Below are positions 56,513 through 64,000 of a stretch of 64,000 nt of DNA, one piece after another; within the stretch, counting starts at the first letter, position 1, and each line of letters begins with the position of its first letter. This stretch comes from Candidatus Omnitrophota bacterium. GTDB taxonomy: Bacteria > Omnitrophota > Gorgyraeia > Duberdicusellales > 4484-171. The notes below the pieces were generated by a model. That model was not told where the DNA came from. It saw only the letters and a list, made by a program, of their open reading frames with translations, and searched no databases. A program made the translations under genes and the position numbers. Location of the stretch: the NCBI GenBank assembly GCA_003154195.1, contig PMCS01000018.1, positions 44,773 to 108,772 on the forward strand, in the 5' to 3' direction.

Positions 56513-57595
56513 TTATTCTCTGCCGACCGGCGTTTTGATAAAACGCGACGGCGCGGCTTCTTTTATTAATCCTTTCAACTGCAGGCCCAGAATGATCTTA
56601 TTTATCGTTGCCGGCGTTAGTTTAGTTTGACGCATGATCTCTTCGATATATGTCCCGCTGGAGCAAATTGTATCGAAAACTATTCTTTCATCCTTGTCGA
56701 TGTTTATTGTTTGCCCGCCATCTTCCTTTTTAAAATCAATATTAAGCTCTTCGATTATATCTTCTATGGAGTCGACTAATTTTGCCCCGTCTTTTATAAG
56801 GCTATGGCCGCCCTTGCTTAACGGCGAATCGGCGTTACCGGGAAGAGCGAAAACCTCCCGGTTTTGCTCCATGGCCAGGCGCGCGGTGATGAGCGCGCCG
56901 CTTTTGGCCGCTGCCTCCACGACTAAAACTCCATGCGACAGGCCGCTGACAATGCGGTTACGCCGGGGAAAATTTTCCTTTAACGGCGGCGTACCCAGGG
57001 GGAATTCGCTGATTAAGGCTCCCTGAGAGCATATTTGTCCGGCTAAGCGGATATTCTCTCGCGGATATATATTCAGTAATCCGCTGCCTAAAACCGCGAC
57101 GGTTTCACCGTTACGCAAAGCCGCTTTGTGGGCCGCGGTGTCAATCCCCCGCGCCAATCCCGAAACAACCGTAATGCCTAACGATGCTAATTTATAGGAG
57201 AATTCCTCGGCCATGGAAATCCCGTATAGCGTAGGAAGCCGCGTGCCGACGACCGCAAATAAAAATTTATTTAACGCCGCAATATTGCCTTTTACGTATA
57301 AAACAAGCGGCGGCCGGCTTATTTCTTTCAGGATGTTGGGATAATCCACGTCAAAAATATCAATAACGTTAATTTTTTCTTTTTCAATGAGCTTTAATTC
57401 TTTTTCCAGAGAACCGGAATCCCGTACCTGCAGGATTTTTTCGATATCTTTTTCATCGAGAGAGGCGATTGATTTGAATTCCGGCCCCTGGGCTTGGAGT
57501 ATTTTATCGGTATCGTCAAAAAACTTTATTATGTCTTCAGTTTTTTGAGGTGCTAAATCAACGAGATTTAAAAGTATCGAACCGGTCTTAGCCAT
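56513..57595 (-). CDS. dprA: DNA-protecting protein DprA
   Basis: VGTR, SGLARGID..AH, FPRRNRIVSGL, SGALITA. Confidence 0.95.
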   Translation of the reverse strand: MAKTGSILLNLVDLAPQKTEDIIKFFDDTDKILQAQGPEFKSIASLDEKDIEKILQVRDSGSLEKELKLIEKEKINVIDIFDVDYPNILKEISRPPLVLYVKGNIAALNKFLFAVVGTRLPTLYGISMAEEFSYKLASLGITVVSGLARGIDTAAHKAALRNGETVAVLGSGLLNIYPRENIRLAGQICSQGALISEFPLGTPPLKENFPRRNRIVSGLSHGVLVVEAAAKSGALITARLAMEQNREVFALPGNADSPLSKGGHSLIKDGAKLVDSIEDIIEELNIDFKKEDGGQTINIDKDERIVFDTICSSGTYIEEIMRQTKLTPATINKIILGLQLKGLIKEAAPSRFIKTPVGRE

Positions 57596-58109
57596 TTTTA
57601 TTTTTTTCTCCGCAAAAAATAAAAATAATTTCGTTTGCGATTTTTTGCGGAGTTTTATTTTTTGTGTTTATAAAATAATGCGCTTTCCGGTAATAAGGTT
57701 TGCGGTATCTTAATAGTTGCTGTATCCGCTTCAACGGATTTGCGACATCAAGCAAGGGGCGTCTTTTTGTTTTTTTTATCCGTTCCCAGATAACCGATGC
57801 CGGAGCGGTAAGGTTAACGATTATTCCGGTATTGCGCATAATCTCGGCGTTTTCTTTATTGCAGATTACGCCGCCGCCGCAACTGATTACCAACTTGTTT
57901 TTCCGGGAAATTTTTTTGAGTAATTTATTTTCCAACTTACGGAAATAGGTTTCGCCTTTAGCCTTGAAAATATTTCTTATTGTCTGTTTTTCGTTTTTTT
58001 CGATTGTCCGGTCCATTTCGATAAACTCCCGGCGCATTTTTCGCGCAAGAAATTTACCCACGGTAGTCTTGCCCGTGCCCATGAAACCAACGAGATAGAT
58101 ATTGTTCAT
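57588..58109 (-). CDS. aroK: shikimate kinase
   Basis: GFMGTGKTTVG, GE..FR..E, GGG, RPLL. Confidence 0.93.
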   Translation of the reverse strand: MNNIYLVGFMGTGKTTVGKFLARKMRREFIEMDRTIEKNEKQTIRNIFKAKGETYFRKLENKLLKKISRKNKLVISCGGGVICNKENAEIMRNTGIIVNLTAPASVIWERIKKTKRRPLLDVANPLKRIQQLLRYRKPYYRKAHYFINTKNKTPQKIANEIIFIFCGEKNKNG

Positions 58110-58137
58110 GAATTTTATATTTTGTCAAAATGCTGCC

Positions 58138-58263
58138 GTAGGGGCGAGGTAATAAAATTTGGTTTGCCGCAAAGCGGCAAAGCTTAATTTTATTACCTCG
58201 CCCTCTAATCTATGATTGATTTTGCAATTATTTTTTAGAGGGCCGGGCATGCCCGGCCCCTAC
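58138..58263. repeat. GTAG-type REP doublet with inserted hairpin
   Basis: gtaggggcgaggtaa...ttacctcgcccct and gggccgggcatgcccggcccctac. Confidence 0.7.
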
Positions 58264-58271
58264 AGGATTGT

Positions 58272-59438
58272 TTATTTTGTGTATTTTTTAATCAATTCCA
58301 ACGCGATGATGTTGCGCTGAATCTGGTTTGTCCCTTCATAAATCTGGGTGATTTTGGCGTCGCGCATAAATTTTTCTACCGGGTAATCGCGCGTGTAGCC
58401 GTAACCGCCAAAAATCTGCACGGCATCGGTGGTAACAGACATCGCCACATCCGAAGCATACATCTTGGCCATGGCGCTGGGGGCGGAAACATCTTTGCAC
58501 CCCCGGTCTACCATTCGCGCTACAGTGTAAATTAAACTGCGTGCCGTTTCGACCTTGGTGGCCATATCGGCAAGCATCCATTGTATTCCCTGGAATGAAC
58601 TTATGGGTTTACCAAATTGAACACGGGTATGAGCGTATTCGACCGCCGCTTCCATTGCCCCCTGAGCAATGCCTAAAGCCTGCGCGCCGACTCCCGGCCG
58701 GGAGTGATCAAAAGTTTTCATGGTAGCGATAAAACCAGCCCCTTCTTTACCGCCTAAAAGCTGGTCTTTATGCACTTTGCAGTCGGTGAAAATCAATTCG
58801 CGGGTGGAAGAAGCGCGAATCCCCAGCTTCGCCTCTTTTTTACCAAAACTGAATCCTTCCATCCCTTTTTCTAAAATAAACGCCGAGATACCGCGCGGGC
58901 CGCGGGCTTTATCGGTTACGGCAACCACGCTGTAGGTTTGCGCGTCGCCGCCATTGGTGATGAAGCACTTGGTACCGTTTAAGATATAGTAATCACCTTC
59001 TTTGCGGGCAATAGTTTTAATGCCGGAGGCATCCGAACCGGCTTCCGGTTCGGTCAAGGCGAACGCGGCCAGCTTATGGCCGCCGGCTAAATCCGGCAGG
59101 TATTTTTTCTTTTGCGCTGCGGTTCCGCCGATTAAAATCGGCAGGGTACCTAAAAATGACGCGGCATAAGCGGTCCCGACACCGCCGTCTACGCGGCAGA
59201 TTTCTTCGGTGGCGATGCATAGTTCCATAAGCCCTGAACCGGGCACACCGCCGTATTCTTCCGGGATGCACAGGCCGAATAAATCGGATTGGCCCAGGAT
59301 TTTCATAATTTCGGCGGGGAATTCTTCTTTTTCGTCGTATTCGCGCGACACTGGCTTGATCTTTTCTTCAGCGATTTTTCTCACCAGGTCTCTTAGCATC
59401 TGTTGCTCTTCGGTTAAATTATAATCGACCAGAAACAT
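58272..59438 (-). CDS. acyl-CoA dehydrogenase
   Basis: [42 protein letters not shown]. Confidence 0.95.
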   Translation of the reverse strand: MFLVDYNLTEEQQMLRDLVRKIAEEKIKPVSREYDEKEEFPAEIMKILGQSDLFGLCIPEEYGGVPGSGLMELCIATEEICRVDGGVGTAYAASFLGTLPILIGGTAAQKKKYLPDLAGGHKLAAFALTEPEAGSDASGIKTIARKEGDYYILNGTKCFITNGGDAQTYSVVAVTDKARGPRGISAFILEKGMEGFSFGKKEAKLGIRASSTRELIFTDCKVHKDQLLGGKEGAGFIATMKTFDHSRPGVGAQALGIAQGAMEAAVEYAHTRVQFGKPISSFQGIQWMLADMATKVETARSLIYTVARMVDRGCKDVSAPSAMAKMYASDVAMSVTTDAVQIFGGYGYTRDYPVEKFMRDAKITQIYEGTNQIQRNIIALELIKKYTK

Positions 59439-59537
59439 TCGGTCCCTCCTTTTAATAGCGCCATAGCGTCAAAGTGTCAGAGCATCAGAGCGTCAGATCA
59501 GAGAAGAGTTTAATTTCGATGTTGCTTTGACACTGTT

Positions 59538-59999
59538 TTATTGTTTTGCAAAACGAAAAATAACCGCCTTTTCGTTACAATTGGGAAACGAGACGCAGTT
59601 GATGCAGTCGCTCCATATTTTATGGGGCAAATCTTTCTTGTCGACTTCCGTAAACCCCTGTTTTTTAAAGAATCCGTCTACAAAAGTAAGGGCAAATATA
59701 TTTTTTAAACCGAGCTGCTTTGCTTCTTCCAGGCACTGCCGGACTAATTTTACTCCGATGCCGCGCTTTTGATAATTTTTAGCCACCGCCAACGACTTGA
59801 CTTCGGCTAAATCTTCCCAGCCGATGATGTGCAGGGCGCAGCAGCCGCAGACCTTGCCTTTATCAGTATACACCCAGAAATCGCGGATATGTTCATAAAT
59901 ATAATTTAGCGAACGCTCCAGCAGCTTTCCCTTTTTTGCCCAAAAGGCAAGAAGGTCGTAAATTCCCTTAGCATCGTCGATTGCAGCTTTTCTCAGCAT
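59538..59999 (-). CDS. GNAT N-acetyltransferase (short ArgA-like)
   Basis: LAEVKSLAV...YQ.RGIG..LV, FALT...FF...GF, LPHKIW.DC..C. Confidence 0.85.
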   Translation of the reverse strand: MLRKAAIDDAKGIYDLLAFWAKKGKLLERSLNYIYEHIRDFWVYTDKGKVCGCCALHIIGWEDLAEVKSLAVAKNYQKRGIGVKLVRQCLEEAKQLGLKNIFALTFVDGFFKKQGFTEVDKKDLPHKIWSDCINCVSFPNCNEKAVIFRFAKQ

Positions 60000-60008
60000 A
60001 ATCAAAGA

Positions 60009-60037
60009 ATTGTAATCCGATTTAACCCTAATGTCAA
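60009..60037 (-). promoter_or_regulatory. sigma70-type promoter of the GNAT gene
   Basis: TTGACA-N17-TACAAT, 9 nt before the ATG. Confidence 0.7.
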
Positions 60038-60057
60038 CCCGAAAAACGTAAATTTTC

Positions 60058-60092
60058 AGAAAACAAAGGGCTGGATACATTATCCAGCCCTT
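60058..60092 (-). terminator. intrinsic terminator
   Basis: AAGGGCTGGATA-loop-TATCCAGCCCTT followed by TGTTTTCT on the minus strand. Confidence 0.7.
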
Positions 60093-60120
60093 ATAAATAT
60101 CGACGTTTGCCTGGTTGTCG

Positions 60121-61401
60121 TTACTTTTTCTTTGTTTCTTTCTTCGGTTTAGGCACGACTTTTTTATTCAAAGGCGTTCTAGGGAGCTTGGCGAAATAAT
60201 CCTTCAACGCGTAATACGCCGTTTTTGGCAGGCGCTTGTCGATATAGAACGTGCCCCAGGACACTTCTTTTTCTTCGCTGCTTAAGGCTGCGATACCAAA
60301 CCACTCCTCGTTCATATTTAAGTTATCCTTGGCGCGGACGTCGTTAAAGTATGAGCCGTTGGACCACCCCGCTTCTTTGTTATGGATGTTCCAGTCCGGC
60401 TGGTAGCCTTCGTTATGTTTCCACCATTCGTCGGTCCACTCAAAAATAGTCCCGCCCAGGCAGTTGCCGTCTTTCTGGCCGCTGAAAGTAGAGCTGTTGT
60501 AGATTTCATTCCATTGCGATAGGAGGTATTTAGCTTGCGTATCCTGGTCTTCGATATTTTTGAAAGCGTCGTAAGAGTCGCAGCCAAATTCCGAAAGAAA
60601 CAGCGGTTTATCAAAAAACGATTTAACTTTCCGGAACAAGCCGGCGAAAGTTTTGCCGCGGTAAGCGATAATCCCCAGGGCGTCGATGTCCGGGCAATTT
60701 TTAGCGGCGATATTAAGGTAGTTTTCTTCGCCGTTACTCATAACCACCGGATGGATTTTGTCGATTTTTTTGATTTCCTTCACCAGTTCATTGATAAATT
60801 TATAATAAATTTCTGCTTTGGCCATTACCCTTTGCGCTTCTTCCAGATTTTCTATTTCCGGAGACGTCCAGAAGCCGATTTTTCCGGAAAAAGTATAGTT
60901 ATTTTCGTTACCGAGAATCCACATCAAAAGGCCTTTTTCATCTTTCAGGGCGGCGATAATTTTGAGTATCCTTTCTTTGGTTTGTTTTTGAAATTCCGGG
61001 TCGGCATAATTAGCGCCGGGATAGCTCCAGAGGCCTAACCAGTCGCTGGCCAAGGTGTAAATGCCGTATTTATCATGCATCTCTTTGATAAACTGTTTGA
61101 CTTTTTCCAGGTCGCTGTCCACGGAGTAGATCCGGACGCAGTTGATGCCTGCTTCTTTCATCAGTTTTCCGTCAACCAGCCAAGGCTTTTTTTCGTCGAG
61201 AAAAAAATCTTCGTCATATCCGGCGCCGATCGGCCGCGGGCTGTAAATCACGCCCTTCATCAAAAACGGTTTGTTTTTGACATAGAGAGTATAGCCGCCT
61301 TCTTTGGAAGTTTTGATGATTGCTTCCTCGGCGTAAGCTAGGCCGCTGATTATGCTTGTTCCTATTGTCAGAATAGCAAAAATTTGCCGGATACGTTTCA
61401 T
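60121..61401 (-). CDS. exported clan GH-A (GH2-like TIM barrel) glycoside hydrolase
   Basis: GIN..RIY, LGNENNY acid/base, SEFG nucleophile, FEW.DEWWK. Confidence 0.82.
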   Translation of the reverse strand: MKRIRQIFAILTIGTSIISGLAYAEEAIIKTSKEGGYTLYVKNKPFLMKGVIYSPRPIGAGYDEDFFLDEKKPWLVDGKLMKEAGINCVRIYSVDSDLEKVKQFIKEMHDKYGIYTLASDWLGLWSYPGANYADPEFQKQTKERILKIIAALKDEKGLLMWILGNENNYTFSGKIGFWTSPEIENLEEAQRVMAKAEIYYKFINELVKEIKKIDKIHPVVMSNGEENYLNIAAKNCPDIDALGIIAYRGKTFAGLFRKVKSFFDKPLFLSEFGCDSYDAFKNIEDQDTQAKYLLSQWNEIYNSSTFSGQKDGNCLGGTIFEWTDEWWKHNEGYQPDWNIHNKEAGWSNGSYFNDVRAKDNLNMNEEWFGIAALSSEEKEVSWGTFYIDKRLPKTAYYALKDYFAKLPRTPLNKKVVPKPKKETKKK

Positions 61402-61446
61402 ATATGACTCCTATTCGTTCTAAGATGTCAGCTTCTTTAATGTTTT

Positions 61447-61543
61447 TTAGGCCACTGATTGACACGGATAAAGCACAGATTTCAATAACGAAAAATGTTA
61501 TATTTTTAATCCGTGTTCAATCCGTGTCCATCTGTGGCTAAAA
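61447..61543. repeat. intergenic inverted repeat, CCACRGAT family
   Basis: ggccactgattgacacggat ... atccgtgtccatctgtggcta. Confidence 0.7.
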
Positions 61544-61627
61544 ATCTGGAAAATTTGTTGTGTTTATTTTCTTAAATCCGCCGCAGGCGGATAGGCTATA
61601 AAAATATTGCGGCATACCGCAATATTT

Positions 61628-62899
61628 TTATTCGTACTTAATTTCGTCTAAATAGAATACTATACCATTTCCGCCATTAACGTCGGTGTTGGTTGCCCAG
61701 CAAAAACCGCCGATTATGTAAGAAAGGTCGCGGCCGGTCAGGTCGATTTCGTATTGTTTCCATTCGGTCGTTAAGGTAATCGGCCCGATGCTGTTGCTGT
61801 CGGAGTCGATATAGTCGCCGCTGGAGATGCCGCCGATTTTGAATTCGTTGATGACTTCCCCGCCCTTATCGCCTCTTACCCAGAAGGTAAGTTTTTTCGC
61901 GCCGGTTAAATTAAAACCCGTCTTAGGAACTGTCCCCCAGTTATTGGCCGGTTGCTGCCAGAAAATTCCTGCCCAGCCGGTTCCCGACTTATTTTCATAT
62001 TCGACGCGGATACAGGTTTGGCCGCTAAAGGGAAGGTTTTTCCATTTAGGGTCGAACTTTAAGTCTTTGGCCGCCGTCGCCGGCATCCAGCCGCTGGGGA
62101 TATAGTGGTTGTCCAGCGAACCGGCGTCGGAATAGACATAAAACGGGAAATTTATCTTCTTTTCCGTTTTCTTTAAATCTTTTTCATAAACGTAACCGAT
62201 ATTGTCGAGGTAAATGGTTTGTTCTCCGCCGGCCTGGTCGGCATTAAAAACGAGACACAATCCGCCGTTTACGTAAGAAAGGTCTTCTCCCGCCAGGTTA
62301 AGGGAAAACTCCTGCCACTCTTTGGTTAATTTATAGGGGCCGTTTTCTACGCTCAGGGAGTCAGCGTAAGGAAGCGGTTCGTTGGTCGTCTGGTTTTTAG
62401 TAATGCCCCCGATTTTGGCGATAGTAATGACTTCGCCGCCGTTTTTCCCGCGCGCCTTAAATGTAAGTTTATTAAAACCGCTTAAGTCATAACCGGTATT
62501 TTTTGTTCCCCAGTTATTTTGGGCCGATTGCCAGTAGATACCCGCCCAGCCCTGTCCGGCTGATTTTTTTGCGCTATAAACAATCTTAAGACAGGTAGCG
62601 CCGCTGGCCGGATTATCGGTGGACTGATCGCTAAATTGTAAATCGTTGACATCGCCCATCCAACCGCTGGGGATAAAATGATTTCCCGTAGCGCTTTTTT
62701 CGGTGAAAATATCAAACTTTTCGCCGGTTACTTTTTTCGCTTTTTTCTCCGGCAGCGCGGGGGGGGTAACGGGAGCCGCCGCGGGAGCGGCTTCTGCCGC
62801 TATATTTCCTGTTTGCGTGGTTGTGTTTACGGCTTGCGCGAAAGCCACAAAGCTGAATAGCCCCAATCCTAAAAGTGTTAACCCAAGAATCTTATGCAT
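61628..62899 (-). CDS. exported protein with two tandem carbohydrate-binding-like beta-sandwich domains
   Basis: Signal peptide; duplicated H.IPSGWM...WAGI.WQ...NNWG...L.F..RG..GGE...LT.EW..Y.I.L...DLSY..GG...YLD.I.Y. Confidence 0.7.
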   Translation of the reverse strand: MHKILGLTLLGLGLFSFVAFAQAVNTTTQTGNIAAEAAPAAAPVTPPALPEKKAKKVTGEKFDIFTEKSATGNHFIPSGWMGDVNDLQFSDQSTDNPASGATCLKIVYSAKKSAGQGWAGIYWQSAQNNWGTKNTGYDLSGFNKLTFKARGKNGGEVITIAKIGGITKNQTTNEPLPYADSLSVENGPYKLTKEWQEFSLNLAGEDLSYVNGGLCLVFNADQAGGEQTIYLDNIGYVYEKDLKKTEKKINFPFYVYSDAGSLDNHYIPSGWMPATAAKDLKFDPKWKNLPFSGQTCIRVEYENKSGTGWAGIFWQQPANNWGTVPKTGFNLTGAKKLTFWVRGDKGGEVINEFKIGGISSGDYIDSDSNSIGPITLTTEWKQYEIDLTGRDLSYIIGGFCWATNTDVNGGNGIVFYLDEIKYE

Positions 62900-63033
62900 T
62901 GTTTCCGACCTCCTTCTTTTTAAGGATATCCAGGTATTGGGTAATTAGGATTTGGTGATTAGCCTATTGGGATATTAGGCGATATCCCCAATTTCCTAAT
63001 CTCCAAATCTCCAAATCCTGATACCCTGATGTC

Positions 63034-64000
63034 CTAATATCCCTCGTTTTTACTTTTTGCCCATAACTCCTGATACGTAAAGTACGCTTTTTTAAGCTCG
63101 CGTAAATAGGGCGAGTTTTTGCCGTTTCCCTGGCCGCAGATACCCAGCCACTCCTCATGCATATAGCCGTCCAGAAACGGCCCGGACCATAATCCTTTTT
63201 TATCATGATAAAACGGTTCGTAGGCTTTCCACCATTCGTCGAGCCATTCAAAGGCGTATCCGCCGACGGCATTACCCGCGCCAAAGCCGCAGGAGTTATT
63301 TTTTATGTCCTGCCAGGCGTTACGATGGTATTGGGCCTGGAACCCTTCCGCTTCCGGCAGGGTATAATTCTTTGCGTAAGAAGCCGCGCCGTACTCGGTG
63401 ATCATCGCCGGCCGGTCAGCAGCGCGCTTCACCTCTTCCCAGAAGTCAAGAAAACCATATTTCCCCCGGTAGGAATTTGCTCCGTAGACGTCGACGTCGG
63501 GGCAGTTTGCGCCAAAGATATCCAAATCGAGCGTATCGCCGCCGGCGATACCAACGGGACGCTTTTGGGGGTCGAGCGATTTTATCAGCTTTGTCGCCTC
63601 GTTGACAAACTTAAAAAAGCTTTCCGGTTTTTTATTGGCGTTACAGCCATAACCATAAACATTTTCGTTGCCTAAAAGCCACATTAAAATAAAAGGTTCG
63701 TTTTTAAACTCCTCGACCATTGCTTTGACGCATTCCAGCATTTTCGCTTTTTGGACGGGATCGTCGTAGTCGGTTCCCTGTTCCCAGCTGGCGCCGCTGC
63801 CGATGGCATATTTGCCCAGAAAATCGCCCATTGCCGTATATATCCCGTAATTTTCGTAAAGTTTCCGCAGGAGTTCTTTATTATTCAGCAATGAAGGATT
63901 ATCCTTAAACGGTTTCTGATAAAGGCGGATGCAATTGACGCCCATTTCTTTCATCAATTGGAAATCGCCCGTGATTTTTTCATCGGGGTCACGGGTATTA
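63034..64000 (-). CDS. clan GH-A glycoside hydrolase domain, 5' end beyond the window
   Basis: Frame open to 64000; GVN..RLY, LGNEN.Y, TEYG, FEWLDEWWK. Confidence 0.8.
   Translation of the reverse strand, partial: NTRDPDEKITGDFQLMKEMGVNCIRLYQKPFKDNPSLLNNKELLRKLYENYGIYTAMGDFLGKYAIGSGASWEQGTDYDDPVQKAKMLECVKAMVEEFKNEPFILMWLLGNENVYGYGCNANKKPESFFKFVNEATKLIKSLDPQKRPVGIAGGDTLDLDIFGANCPDVDVYGANSYRGKYGFLDFWEEVKRAADRPAMITEYGAASYAKNYTLPEAEGFQAQYHRNAWQDIKNNSCGFGAGNAVGGYAFEWLDEWWKAYEPFYHDKKGLWSGPFLDGYMHEEWLGICGQGNGKNSPYLRELKKAYFTYQELWAKSKNEGY

Noticed and set aside
549-63675. Numerous short plus-strand ORFs in the ORF track
   Set aside because: They are antisense shadows of well-supported minus-strand genes.

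Overview
Bacterial chromosomal segment with every credible gene on the minus strand. The gene style suggests an anaerobic Gram-negative organism, possibly Ca. Omnitrophota (inference only). Left to right: (1) 1.7-7.1 kb, an accessory cluster of exported ankyrin, PsbP-like and TPR-permuted NlpC/P60 proteins built from duplicated DNA modules; (2) housekeeping genes (radC, yciH/SUI1, DEAD helicase, rmuC and others); (3) a Gly-rich fibre-like protein and a PaaX-like regulator flanked by two copies of a 42-bp palindrome; (4) 21.4-39.7 kb, a Rex-led operon for an Mrp-type group 4 membrane-bound [NiFe]-hydrogenase with an NAD(P)H-type flavoprotein module; (5) an LPS/lipid A cluster; (6) xerC-topA-dprA-aroK, an acyl-CoA dehydrogenase, a GNAT and clan GH-A glycoside hydrolases. 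Main finding: the maturation genes of the [NiFe]-hydrogenase operon are hybrid. They are hycI, a zinc-finger-less mini-HypA, a HypC domain fused to a HydE-like radical SAM enzyme, and HydG. No hypB/D/E/F, hydF or hydA occurs in the window. This suggests a non-canonical route in which [FeFe]-type maturases make the CO/CN-iron unit of a [NiFe] site. Intergenic spaces hold several families of palindromic repeats. All calls come from motif recognition by eye; no database searches were run.
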